A stretch of DNA of 64,000 nucleotides, taken from assembly GCA_005881275.1 (NCBI GenBank), contig VBEF01000025.1, positions 43,716 through 107,715 of the forward strand. The letters are read 5' to 3'. Positions 24,541 through 35,605 of this stretch are shown here, one piece after another. Made by a program: the position numbers and the translations under genes. This DNA comes from Chloroflexota bacterium (GTDB lineage Bacteria > Chloroflexota > Dormibacteria > Dormibacterales > Dormibacteraceae). Under the pieces are notes generated by a model. It had not been told where the DNA came from, made no database searches, and saw only the letters and a program-made list of their open reading frames with translations. Numbering within the stretch: the stretch's first letter is position 1; each line of letters opens with the position of its first letter.

Positions 24541-26448
24541 ATGCCTAAGACCGTAGGAATCGACCTGGGGACGACCAACTCGGTCATCGCCGTCATGGAA
24601 GGCGGCGAGCCGGTCGTGATCCCTAACTCCGAAGGTTCACGCACCACGCCCTCCGTCGTCGCGTTCACCAAGTCCGGTGAGAGGCTGGTGGGCACGCTGG
24701 CTCGCCGGCAGGCGGCGGTCAACCCCGAGAACACCGTCTACTCGATCAAGCGGTTCATGGGCCGCAAGTTCGCCGAGGTCGACTCGGAGCGCAAGATCGT
24801 GCCTTACCAGGTCAAGCCGGGCAAAGACGACCGTGCCGTGGTGTTCGTCCCGAACGCCAACAAGGAGTTCACCCCCGAAGAGATCTCCGCCCTGATCCTG
24901 CAGAAGCTCAAGGCCGACGCAGAAGCCTACCTCGGCGAGAAGGTGACCGACGCTGTCATCACCGTGCCCGCGTACTTCAACGACTCGCAGCGCCAGGCGA
25001 CCAAGAACGCCGGGCAGATCGCCGGCCTCAACGTGCTCCGCATCATCAACGAACCGACGGCCGCTTCGCTGGCCTACGGCCTGGAGAAGAAGGCGAACGA
25101 GACCATCCTGGTCTTCGACCTCGGCGGTGGCACGTTCGACGTCTCGGTGCTCGACGTGGGCGACGGCGTGTTCGAGGTCAAGGCCACCAACGGGGACACC
25201 CACCTCGGCGGTGACGATTACGACCGCCGCATCGTGGACTGGCTCGCCGACGAGTTCAAGAAGCAGAACGGCATCGACCTGAAGGCCGACCGCCAGGCTT
25301 TGCAGCGCCTGACCGAGGCTGCCGAGCGGGCCAAGATCGAGCTCTCGAGCCGGCTCGAGACGACCGTCAACCTGCCGTTCATCACGGCCGACCAGACCGG
25401 TCCAAAGCACCTCGAGATGACGCTCACCCGCGCCAAGTTCGAGTCGCTGACCACGGACCTGACCGAGCGAACGCGCGGTCCATTCCTGGCCGCGCTCAAG
25501 GACGCCAACCTGACGCCGCAGCAGATCGACGAGGTTGTGCTCGTCGGCGGATCCACCCGAATGCCGATCATCCAGCAGCTCGTCAAGGGTCTGCTCGGCG
25601 GCAAGGAGCCGCACAAGGGAGTCAACCCTGACGAGGTCGTGGCCGTCGGTGCGGCGATCCAGGCCGGCGTGCTGAAGGGCGAGGTCAAGGACATCCTGCT
25701 CCTGGACGTGACGCCGCTTTCGCTGGGCGTCGAAACCCTGGGCGGTGTCATGACCAAGCTCATCGACCGCAACACCACCATTCCGACGTCGCGCTCGCAG
25801 GTCTTCTCGACCGCGGCGGACAACCAGACGTCTGTCGAGGTCCACGTTTTGCAGGGCGAGCGCGAGATGGCTCGCGACAACCGGACCTTGGGCCGATTCC
25901 ACCTGGACGGCATCCCGCCCGCGCCCCGGGGCATGCCGCAGGTCGAGGTCACGTTCGATCTCGACGCGAACGGCATCCTCAATGTCAAGGCGCAGGACAA
26001 GGGCACCGGCCGCGAGCAGTCGGTCACGATCACGGCGTCCTCGACCTTGAACAAGGACGAGGTCGACCGTATGGTCAAGGAGGCGGAGGCGCACTCCGCC
26101 GAAGATCGGGCGAAGCGCGAAGAGGTGGAGCTCCGCAACCAGGCGGACCACATGATCCACCAGGCCGAGAAGGTGATCAAGGACAACGAGGCCCGGATCC
26201 CCGAGGACCTGAAGGGCGAGGTCAACACCAAGCTGGAGTCGCTCAAGACCGCGGCCAAGGGCTCGGACACCAAGGCCTTGCAGCGCCAGATGGACGAGTT
26301 CAACGAGGCCCTCCAGAAGATCGGCCAGCACATCTACCAGGGCGCCGGCGCATCCGCGGCGAGCGGTGGCCCCTCGGACGGAACGCCGCCCGGCGAAGAG
26401 AAGAAAGAAGGTGACGTGGTCGACGCGGACTACCGCGAGGTCCCCTAA
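24541..26448 (+). CDS. dnaK: Molecular chaperone DnaK (Hsp70)
   Basis: [20 protein letters not shown] and [10 protein letters not shown], with full-length Hsp70 architecture. Confidence 0.98.
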   Translation: MPKTVGIDLGTTNSVIAVMEGGEPVVIPNSEGSRTTPSVVAFTKSGERLVGTLARRQAAVNPENTVYSIKRFMGRKFAEVDSERKIVPYQVKPGKDDRAVVFVPNANKEFTPEEISALILQKLKADAEAYLGEKVTDAVITVPAYFNDSQRQATKNAGQIAGLNVLRIINEPTAASLAYGLEKKANETILVFDLGGGTFDVSVLDVGDGVFEVKATNGDTHLGGDDYDRRIVDWLADEFKKQNGIDLKADRQALQRLTEAAERAKIELSSRLETTVNLPFITADQTGPKHLEMTLTRAKFESLTTDLTERTRGPFLAALKDANLTPQQIDEVVLVGGSTRMPIIQQLVKGLLGGKEPHKGVNPDEVVAVGAAIQAGVLKGEVKDILLLDVTPLSLGVETLGGVMTKLIDRNTTIPTSRSQVFSTAADNQTSVEVHVLQGEREMARDNRTLGRFHLDGIPPAPRGMPQVEVTFDLDANGILNVKAQDKGTGREQSVTITASSTLNKDEVDRMVKEAEAHSAEDRAKREEVELRNQADHMIHQAEKVIKDNEARIPEDLKGEVNTKLESLKTAAKGSDTKALQRQMDEFNEALQKIGQHIYQGAGASAASGGPSDGTPPGEEKKEGDVVDADYREVP

Positions 26449-26463
26449 CTAAATCGGCACTGA

Positions 26464-26496
26464 GGGCTCGGGCACACGCCCGAGCCCTTATTTTTT
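26464..26496 (+). terminator. Rho-independent terminator after dnaK
   Basis: GGGCTCGGGC, loop ACAC, GCCCGAGCCC, followed by TTATTTTTT. Confidence 0.8.
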
Positions 26497-27664
26497 GCCT
26501 GCGTTGGTTCAATACCTCCGAGAGCGAACCCGCCTGTGGTCGGCGGCGGGACTGTGGGCGGGCCTCCTGCTGCTCGGTTTCAACCTGTACGCCGCGAGCT
26601 CGACGTACGTCCCCGAGTTCCGGATCCGGAATGACTTCCGGCTCATCTATGGCGCCGCCCTCGACGCATGGACCTATGGCTACGGCCACCTGTACGACCT
26701 CAGCGCGCAGAAGGCGGTCGTCGAGGGTCTTGGGGTTGGTACCTACTGGTCGCCCTTCCTCAACCCGCCGACGCTCGCCTGGATCGCCACCCCGTTCCTT
26801 GTGCTGCCGTTCGAGATGGCGCTGGTGCTGTGGACGCTTTTGATCGTCGGAGCGGCCCTGCTCGCCTGGCGGCTTGCGGCGCCGGGCGGAGGGTTGACGC
26901 GAGCCGCTCATCTCGCGCTCTTCCTCGGTCTGTTTCCGACCGCCTTCGGTCTGATGGTCGGTCAGCCGGTGGCGCTGGTCGCCGCGGCCGTGGCCATGGC
27001 CTGGTGGCTCGCCGACCGCAAGCGGCCAGTGCTTGCGGGTCTGGCGCTCAGCCTGATCGCGATCAAGCCACAACTGGCGCTCCTGGTGCCCCTCTGCCTG
27101 TTGGTGTCGGGCCAGCGGCGGATCTTCGTGGTCTGGCTGGCCGCGACGGCGGTGATGGCGGGGGCGGCGCTGGTCCTGCTCGGCCAGGACGGAATCCAGC
27201 GTTATCGCGAAGTCCTCGCCATGGCGTCGCAATGGGAGCCGACTCGGCGCTATGCCATCGCCGGCCCGCTGGGTCTCGGCCCTCAGGTCTACGCCGTTGA
27301 GGCCGTCGTGGTGATTGTCGCGCTGGTCGCGGCCTGGAGGCAGCGCCAGATGAGCGTCGCCCGGCCGATCGCGACCGGCATCGTAGCCTCCCTGCTTTTC
27401 ACGCCCTATGTCGGGTTCCAGGACTTCGCGATGCTGGTCGTCGCCGGCTGGCTGCTCATCCGGTCTGGTGCGACATCGGTCCAGGTCGCGCTGCTCGTGG
27501 TCGGCTACGCCCTGCTCGAGCTGGCGCTGGTGGTGCTTGCGGTGCCGATCCTGCTGGCCGAGTTCCTGCTGCTGGGCTCGCTCCTATGGCCGCTAGGCTC
27601 TTCCGACGCCGAAGGCGCATTTCGGCCGGCTTCGGCACACGTCTTCGGCGACAAACGAGCGTGA
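26495..27664 (+). CDS. Polytopic membrane glycosyltransferase-like protein (GT87/DUF2029-like)
   Basis: About 10 hydrophobic helices. The segment LSLIAIKPQLALLVPLCLL resembles polyprenol-phosphate-mannose-dependent mannosyltransferases. Start is TTG 26495 or TTG 26504. Confidence 0.6.
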   Translation: MPALVQYLRERTRLWSAAGLWAGLLLLGFNLYAASSTYVPEFRIRNDFRLIYGAALDAWTYGYGHLYDLSAQKAVVEGLGVGTYWSPFLNPPTLAWIATPFLVLPFEMALVLWTLLIVGAALLAWRLAAPGGGLTRAAHLALFLGLFPTAFGLMVGQPVALVAAAVAMAWWLADRKRPVLAGLALSLIAIKPQLALLVPLCLLVSGQRRIFVVWLAATAVMAGAALVLLGQDGIQRYREVLAMASQWEPTRRYAIAGPLGLGPQVYAVEAVVVIVALVAAWRQRQMSVARPIATGIVASLLFTPYVGFQDFAMLVVAGWLLIRSGATSVQVALLVVGYALLELALVVLAVPILLAEFLLLGSLLWPLGSSDAEGAFRPASAHVFGDKRA

Positions 27665-27681
27665 TGCGAACCGGGATGGCG

Positions 27682-27757
27682 TGGAGCCGACGGTGGGATT
27701 CGAACCCACGACCTGCCACTTACGAGGCGGCTGCTCTGCCAGCTGAGCTACGTCGGC
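27682..27757 (-). tRNA. tRNA-Thr (anticodon CGU), CCA encoded
   Basis: The reverse complement folds as a cloverleaf: GCCGACG/CGTCGGC acceptor, anticodon loop CTCGTAA, and T-arm GTGGGTTCGAATCCCAC. Confidence 0.95.
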
Positions 27758-27770
27758 AATCTAGCTGAGG

Positions 27771-27808
27771 AGCATCGCTGATTTTCTGCGCAGAAATTTG
27801 GCGATGCT
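27771..27808. promoter_or_regulatory. 38-nt near-perfect palindrome between the divergent tRNA-Thr and GNAT genes
   Basis: AGCATCGCTGATTTTCTGC|GCAGAAATTTGGCGATGCT. The arms are 19 nt, with one mismatch and two G:T positions. Confidence 0.35.
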
Positions 27809-27837
27809 GCGCGAGCCTAGGCTAACATCGGACGGGG

Positions 27838-28326
27838 ATGCGAACTCTCGACGTTGAACGTTTGGCGGCCGGCGATTATGCCCTCATCAAGCCGCTTCTC
27901 GTTGCGCTTCACCTTGGCGAGCAGGTCCACTACTCGGACCATCCACAGTTGCCGCGCGAGGAGATCGAACGGCACCTGGCGCAGGTCCCGTCGGCGTTCC
28001 GCGGCGAGAACGTCATCTACGTCGTGCGAGATGAGGTCGACCAGGTCGTCGGCTTTTGCTGGATCGTCCTTTACGACCCGGGCACGGGCCTGGAGGGCGA
28101 GGTGGCCGAGCTGTACGTGGCCGAGGGCCACCGAGGCCGTGGCATCGGCGAGATGCTCGTCCGCCAGGCGACCAGGCTGTTCGCGGAGCGCCACGTGACC
28201 CTCGCCTATGTCTGGACTCGGTCCGACAACCAGGCTGCGGTCAAGCTGTACACGGCCGCCGGTTTCGAGCCCAACCGCCAGCTCGTCATGATCTGGTATC
28301 CGATCGAGAGCTCCAACCACCTGTAG
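27838..28326 (+). CDS. GNAT family N-acetyltransferase
   Basis: VAEGHRGRGIGEMLVRQA..AVKLYTAAGFE. Confidence 0.85.
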   Translation: MRTLDVERLAAGDYALIKPLLVALHLGEQVHYSDHPQLPREEIERHLAQVPSAFRGENVIYVVRDEVDQVVGFCWIVLYDPGTGLEGEVAELYVAEGHRGRGIGEMLVRQATRLFAERHVTLAYVWTRSDNQAAVKLYTAAGFEPNRQLVMIWYPIESSNHL

Positions 28327-28351
28327 AGCTTCACCTACCTAACATCAGTTC

Positions 28352-29407
28352 ATGCGTCCCATCCTGGCCGTGACGGCCGGGCTGCTCGTGGCAGCCCTGG
28401 TCGCCGCCGGCGTCACCCTTGCCATCCTCAGCCTCCAGGCACGCACGAACACGCAGCAGGTCAACCTGCGCAACGGGGTGACGATCAGCGAGGACTCGGC
28501 GATCATCACCGCCGCGGGCAAAGCCAAGCCCGCGGTCGTCAGCATCGTCACCCAGCACCAACCCAGCCTTGTCCGTGGTTCCGGCTACCTGGCGACCACC
28601 GACGGTTACATCGTCACCAACATCAACGTGATCGCCGGCTCCAGCGGATTGACCGTGCTCATCCCCGGCGATTCCAAGGCGCATGACGCGCGGCTGGTCG
28701 ACTACGACTGCCAGACCGGTGTCGCGGTGATCAAGATCGACAAGGTCAGCGGACTGCCGACGCTCGGCTTCGCCGACCCCACCGCACTGGTCCAGGGGCA
28801 GCGGATCGTGGCCGTCGGCGGGCCGGTGGAGGGAAACGCGGTCACGCCCGGATACGTCAGCGCGATGCATCGCGTGACCTCCGCCAACGACCCCGTCAAC
28901 CTCGGTCGGACGCTGCAGTTCAGCGACACGATCCAGACCAACGCGGCGATCGACGGCGGCATGTCGGGCGGCCCGCTCCTGAACGTTGGCAGCCAGGTCA
29001 TCGGCGTAGCCATGGAGTCGCCGTCGAGCCTCTCGGGCTTTGGTCTGAACGTCGCGGACATCGTTGACGATGTGCAGCAGATCTTGTCGACGGGGCAGGT
29101 CATGGTTTCGTCACTCGGCGCGACGACAGCAGACGTCACAGCGGAGAACGCGGCGCTCAATGGAACTCCGGAAGGGAGCCGTCTCGTCACGCTGGACAAG
29201 ACCGGTCCGGTTGCGGCGGCGGGCCTGAAGCCGGGAGATGTGATCACGCAGATCGATGATGTCAGGCTCGACGCCGCCCACCCGCTGTCGCTGCTGCTTC
29301 GCTCTCGGTTTCACGCCAACCAGCGCGTGACGGTCACGTACTCGCGGGACGGCGCGTCGACCCAGGCCGAGCTCACGCTGACTTCCCAGCACCCGATCTG
29401 TACATGA
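28352..29407 (+). CDS. Membrane-anchored HtrA/DegP-like trypsin-fold plus PDZ protein with a degenerate catalytic triad
   Basis: N-terminal TM helix. GSGYL..GYIVTNINVI, where the family has TNxHV. GGMSGGPL retains the Ser. PDZ segment is GLKPGDVITQIDDV. Confidence 0.8.
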   Translation: MRPILAVTAGLLVAALVAAGVTLAILSLQARTNTQQVNLRNGVTISEDSAIITAAGKAKPAVVSIVTQHQPSLVRGSGYLATTDGYIVTNINVIAGSSGLTVLIPGDSKAHDARLVDYDCQTGVAVIKIDKVSGLPTLGFADPTALVQGQRIVAVGGPVEGNAVTPGYVSAMHRVTSANDPVNLGRTLQFSDTIQTNAAIDGGMSGGPLLNVGSQVIGVAMESPSSLSGFGLNVADIVDDVQQILSTGQVMVSSLGATTADVTAENAALNGTPEGSRLVTLDKTGPVAAAGLKPGDVITQIDDVRLDAAHPLSLLLRSRFHANQRVTVTYSRDGASTQAELTLTSQHPICT

Positions 29408-31044
29408 CACCGGTCGTTTCCGGCGGAGTTCGCGACAGCATCAACGAAGCTCTGCTCGACGCAGTTCGCAGGCTCGGAGTCGACGGAGACATTCCGGACC
29501 TCGAGCTGGGCCGCGCCAAAGTTGCGGAGCACGGCGATTACGCGACGTCCGCGGGCCTGAAGCTCGCCAGGGTGCTGCACCAGGACCCGAAGGCAATCAC
29601 CGCCAGACTCGCCGAGACGATCCATGTGGCCGAAGGCGCGGCGATCGCCGAGGCTTCGGGGGGCTACGTGAACTTCCGTCTCACGGACGCCTGGCTGCGC
29701 GGCCTGATCGGCCGCGTCCAGCCCGGCTACGGCGCGCAGGACATAGGCCGAGGCGTGCGGCTGCAGGTGGAGTTCGGAAGCGTCAATCCGACAGGCCCGC
29801 TGCACATCGGTCACGGACGGGGCGTCACGTTGGGCGACTCGATCTGCAGGCTGCTCGAGTTCACCGGGCACTCGGTCCAGCGCGAGTACTACGTCAACTC
29901 CGACAACACGCAAACGCGTCGGTTCGGCGCCTCGGTGTACGCGCGGCTGCATGGGCTCGAGCCGCCAGAGGGCGGCTACACGGGCGAGTACGTGATCGAG
30001 CTGGCGGAGATGGCGCGGCGCGACCTGGCGGGTATCGAGAACCTGGCGGAGGAGGAGGCGGAACCGAAGCTGCGCATGTACGCCATCAACAAGATGGTGG
30101 AGCGGATCAGGGCGACTGTCGCCCGGGTCAACGTCCGCTACGACGAGTGGTACTACGAGAACCGTCTGTGGGAGTCCGGCCTCCCGCAGGAGGCGATCCA
30201 GAGGCTGCGCGAGTCCGGGCACCTCAAGGAGCGCGACGGCGCGCTGTGGTTTGGCGACCCAAGCGATGACGAGGAGGACCGCGTCGTGATCCGCGCCAAC
30301 GGACAGCCGACTTACTTCGCCTCCGACCTCGGATACCTGCTGAGCCGATTCGAGCAGCGCGGCTACAACCGCGTGATCGAGGTGTGGGCGGCCGACCACC
30401 ATGGGTACGTGCCGCGCATGAAATCAGCGGCGGCGGCGCTGGGCTTTGACCCGTCGAAGCTCGTGATCATCCTCCATCAGATGGTCAACCTCAAAGAAGG
30501 GAAGATGTCGAAGCGAGCCGGCCGATTCGTCACGCTCGACGAGCTCATCGACAGGGTCGGCTCCGATGCAGTTCGCTACTTCTATCTATTGCGCTCGCCG
30601 GACACGACGATCGAGTTCGACCTCGAGCTGGCGGTCACGCAGGGCAACGAGAACCCGGTCTACTACGCCCAGTACGCGCACGCGCGCCTGGCGAACGTCG
30701 AGGCGACGGCAAGCCAGCGCCATCCACATCTCGCCGAGAAGGCGGACGTCTCGTTGCTGGTTCACCCCTGGGAGCTGGACGTGGCGCGGCAGCTGGCGTT
30801 CTGGCCTGATGTTGTAGAGGATTCGACTGCCCTGCTCGAGCCTCACCGCATTCCTTATTACGTGCACGACCTGGCGACCGAGGTTCACCGGTTCTACCAC
30901 GCGGGCAACGCGCAGAGCGAGCATCGCGTGGTGGTTGACGATCCCGCCTTAACAAGGGCGCGGCTGGAGCTATGCCGGGCGGCGCGTCACACTTTGAAGA
31001 CTGCGCTCGACCTGATGGGGGTCAGCGCGCCGGAACGGATGTAA
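29404..31044 (+). CDS. argS: Arginine--tRNA ligase
   Basis: NPTGPLHIGHGR (HIGH) and KMSKRAG (KMSK). ATGA overlap with the upstream gene. Confidence 0.97.
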   Translation: MTPVVSGGVRDSINEALLDAVRRLGVDGDIPDLELGRAKVAEHGDYATSAGLKLARVLHQDPKAITARLAETIHVAEGAAIAEASGGYVNFRLTDAWLRGLIGRVQPGYGAQDIGRGVRLQVEFGSVNPTGPLHIGHGRGVTLGDSICRLLEFTGHSVQREYYVNSDNTQTRRFGASVYARLHGLEPPEGGYTGEYVIELAEMARRDLAGIENLAEEEAEPKLRMYAINKMVERIRATVARVNVRYDEWYYENRLWESGLPQEAIQRLRESGHLKERDGALWFGDPSDDEEDRVVIRANGQPTYFASDLGYLLSRFEQRGYNRVIEVWAADHHGYVPRMKSAAAALGFDPSKLVIILHQMVNLKEGKMSKRAGRFVTLDELIDRVGSDAVRYFYLLRSPDTTIEFDLELAVTQGNENPVYYAQYAHARLANVEATASQRHPHLAEKADVSLLVHPWELDVARQLAFWPDVVEDSTALLEPHRIPYYVHDLATEVHRFYHAGNAQSEHRVVVDDPALTRARLELCRAARHTLKTALDLMGVSAPERM

Positions 31045-31063
31045 GGGACGAAGGAACAAGGCA

Positions 31064-31729
31064 TTGGATGTCACCTGGCTAGGACACGGTTGCTTCCGGT
31101 TGCGTGGCCGAAACGCGGCCGTGGTGACCGACCCGTTTCCGCCCGGCATCGGGCTCAAGCTGGCCCGGATGGACGCCGAGGTCGTCACCGTCAGCCATGA
31201 GCACGAAAACCACAACTACACGCAGGTCGTGCGCGATGGGGCCTACGAGATCCGCGGGCCGGGCGAGTATGAGGTCGCCGGCGTCAGCGTGATCGGCGTA
31301 CCGACCTTCCACGACGCCGACAAAGGGGCCAAGCAGGGCCGTAACACCGTCTACCTGATCGAGATCGACGATGTGCGGATCTGCCACCTCGGCGACCTCG
31401 GCCACAAGCTCGAGGACACGGAGGCCGAGGCGATCGCCTCGCCGGACGTGTTGCTGGTGCCGGTCGGCGGCCGGACCGCGATCAACGCTGCACAGGCGGC
31501 AGAGGTCGTCCGGCAGCTCGAGCCGCGTTACGTGGTGCCGATGCACTACGCGATCGCCGGGCTCAAGGTGGATCTCGACACTCTCGACCGCTTCCTTAAA
31601 GAGATGGGGGTGACATCGTCCGAACCCCAGCCCAAGCTCTCGGTCCAGAAGTCGTCGGTCGCCGAGTACGAGACCAAAGTGGTCGTCCTGGAGCCAAAAG
31701 TGGAGCCGAAAGTCGAAACAAAGGTTTGA
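31064..31729 (+). CDS. MBL-fold metal-dependent hydrolase (UlaG-like)
   Basis: VTWLGHGCFRL..VVTDPF..VSHEHENH..HLGDLGH..LLVPVGG. Confidence 0.8.
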   Translation: MDVTWLGHGCFRLRGRNAAVVTDPFPPGIGLKLARMDAEVVTVSHEHENHNYTQVVRDGAYEIRGPGEYEVAGVSVIGVPTFHDADKGAKQGRNTVYLIEIDDVRICHLGDLGHKLEDTEAEAIASPDVLLVPVGGRTAINAAQAAEVVRQLEPRYVVPMHYAIAGLKVDLDTLDRFLKEMGVTSSEPQPKLSVQKSSVAEYETKVVVLEPKVEPKVETKV

Positions 31730-31746
31730 CGACCCCGGCGTTCTAG

Positions 31747-33435
<1,689 letters not shown>

Positions 33436-33446
33436 CCAGGAGAGAC

Positions 33447-34436
33447 ATGGAGCAGCAAAGGAGCGGCCCATCCGGGCCAACGGCCAACCGGCCCATAGAT
33501 GGGGAGGAGCGCGAGCTCTCGCTCGACCTGGTGCATGCCACCGAAGCGGCGGCGCTGGCGTGCGCTGGTTTCCTCGGCAAAGGCGACCCTGACGGCGTCA
33601 GCGACGCCGCGGGCCACGCGATGCGCGAGGCGCTCGAGCGGTCCGGTCTCACCGCCACCGTCGTCTTGAGCCCGCGCCACCAGGCGCACCTCCCGCACGG
33701 GCTGGTGGTCTCCGGCGGTGGACGAAAGGTCGACCTGGGTGTCTACCCGGTGGAGGGCGCGAGCCAGGTCGCGCGCGGCCACATCAACGCGGTCTCACTG
33801 CTGGTCGCTGTCGAGCCTGGCGGGTTCGCGGACATGCCATCCGCGTCGCAGGTCGAGAAGTTTGTAGCGGGTCCTGCCGCGAGGGGCGCGGTCGACCTCG
33901 ACCATTCGATGATCGACAACCTCCGGCGAATCGCCTTCGCGCGGAATGTTCGTGTGCAGGACCTCACCATCGCCATCCTCGAGCGCCCGCGGCACCAGGA
34001 GCTCATCGCCGAGGTGGGCGGGACGGGAGCTCGCATTCGCACGCTGGAGGAAGGCGACTTCGCCAGCGCCGTGATGGCGGCCCTACCTGAAACGGGGATC
34101 GACGCGGCGATCGGGATCGGCGACCTCCACGCGAGTCTCATCGCGGCTTGCGCGGTGCGGTGCCTCGGCGGCGAGTTCCTCGCCCGGCTGATGATTCGCA
34201 ACGACGAGGAAAGGAAGGCTGTCGGCGACAAGGCATCGCACGTTTATGGGCTGGGCGAGCTCTCGCCGGCGACCGACATCGCGGTCGCGATCACCGGCGT
34301 CACCGGCGGGCCCCTGCTGCCCGGTGTGGGCTTCGGCAGCGGCTACGCCGAGACCACGTCGCTGTTGATGTCCAGCCGGCACGCCACCGTTCGCCGCCTG
34401 ATCACCCGGCACCACCTTCCGGAAGCGCCGCGGTGA
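33447..34436 (+). CDS. Class II fructose-1,6-bisphosphatase (GlpX)-like protein with degenerate active-site motifs
   Basis: Collinear with GlpX (ATEAAALA..GKGD, ILERPRH, GIG..). However, the GEGE, DPIEGT, PDGD and GGAPEG positions read SPRH, YPVEGA, EEGD and GDLHAS. Confidence 0.75.
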   Translation: MEQQRSGPSGPTANRPIDGEERELSLDLVHATEAAALACAGFLGKGDPDGVSDAAGHAMREALERSGLTATVVLSPRHQAHLPHGLVVSGGGRKVDLGVYPVEGASQVARGHINAVSLLVAVEPGGFADMPSASQVEKFVAGPAARGAVDLDHSMIDNLRRIAFARNVRVQDLTIAILERPRHQELIAEVGGTGARIRTLEEGDFASAVMAALPETGIDAAIGIGDLHASLIAACAVRCLGGEFLARLMIRNDEERKAVGDKASHVYGLGELSPATDIAVAITGVTGGPLLPGVGFGSGYAETTSLLMSSRHATVRRLITRHHLPEAPR

Positions 34437-34484
34437 GGCCGGATTAGCGCGGTCGCGTAGGGGGTATCTAGTGAGAGGTATCCC

Positions 34485-35372
34485 ATGAGTCAGAACGACC
34501 CCTACGAGCCGTCCCAGGGCGGCCAGTACATTCCTCCGCCTCCGGCTTACCAGGCGACCTCGGACATCCCGCCTCAGTCGCCGTATCACTACTCGCCCGC
34601 GCCCCAACAGGGGAACCGCGGCCTGCTGGGCTGGCTGGTCTCGGCCGCGCTTGCGGTCTGGGCGGTCGCGAAGTACGGGCTCCTGCTCCTGGTCAAGCTG
34701 CCGGCGGGCGGCACGATCATCTCGCTGATCGTGAGCTTCGGGGGCTACGCCCTCGTGTTCGGCCCCTGGTTCGCGGTCGCGCTGGTCGTGATGATCCTCG
34801 TCCACGAGATGGGCCACGTCGTCGAGATCCGGCGCCAGGGAATGCAGGCCACCGCTCCGATCTTCATCCCGTTCCTGGGCGCCGCCATCTTCCAGCGCTC
34901 CCACCCGACCGATGCGCTCAAGCAAGCGCAGATCGGTATCGCGGGGCCCATCGCGGGCACCCTTGGTGCGACCGCCGCGTTCGTCCTGTACGGTTCCACC
35001 GGCAACCCGATCTTTCTGCTCATGGCCTGGATCGGCTTCTACATCAACCTGTTCAACCTGATCCCGCTGTGGCAGCTGGACGGAGCCTGGATCCTGGGTC
35101 CGGTCTCGCCATATTTCCAGGTCGCCGCCCTGGCGGTGGTCGGGATTGGCGCGCTGGCGTTCCACCTACTCATCAGCCCGCTCCTGATCATCTTCGCCCT
35201 GCTTGGCATCCCGACCCTGATCGCCCGCTTCCGCGAGCGAAGCAACCCCTACTACACGTCGGTTCCGGCAGGCGGCCGTTGGGCGATCGGACTGGCCTGG
35301 CTGGGTCTTGTTTTGTATCTCGGCGTGATGAGCCTGCAGGCCCACGGCATGCTGGCTCAGGTCGCTCGGTAA
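34485..35372 (+). CDS. Site-2 protease family (M50) zinc metalloprotease
   Basis: The HEMGH motif in a TM helix and NLFNLIPLWQLDG. Pro/Gln-rich N-terminus. Confidence 0.8.
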   Translation: MSQNDPYEPSQGGQYIPPPPAYQATSDIPPQSPYHYSPAPQQGNRGLLGWLVSAALAVWAVAKYGLLLLVKLPAGGTIISLIVSFGGYALVFGPWFAVALVVMILVHEMGHVVEIRRQGMQATAPIFIPFLGAAIFQRSHPTDALKQAQIGIAGPIAGTLGATAAFVLYGSTGNPIFLLMAWIGFYINLFNLIPLWQLDGAWILGPVSPYFQVAALAVVGIGALAFHLLISPLLIIFALLGIPTLIARFRERSNPYYTSVPAGGRWAIGLAWLGLVLYLGVMSLQAHGMLAQVAR

Positions 35373-35395
35373 ACTAGCGTTCCCTGGAGTAATCA

Positions 35396-35605
35396 ATGAA
35401 GGCACAGATTCATCCCACTTACTACGAAGACGCGGTCGTGACCTGCGCGTGCGGGAACACCTTCACGACCGGTTCCACGCGCAAGGAGCTCAAGACCGAG
35501 ATCTGCTCCGTCTGCCACCCGTTCTTCACCGGCACGCAGCGCATCGTGGACACCGGCGGACAGGTCGAGCGGTTCCGGAAGCGGGCTGCTAAGACCCGGG
35601 TGTAG
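35396..35605 (+). CDS. rpmE: 50S ribosomal protein L31 (Zn-ribbon type)
   Basis: [25 protein letters not shown]. Confidence 0.95.
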   Translation: MKAQIHPTYYEDAVVTCACGNTFTTGSTRKELKTEICSVCHPFFTGTQRIVDTGGQVERFRKRAAKTRV

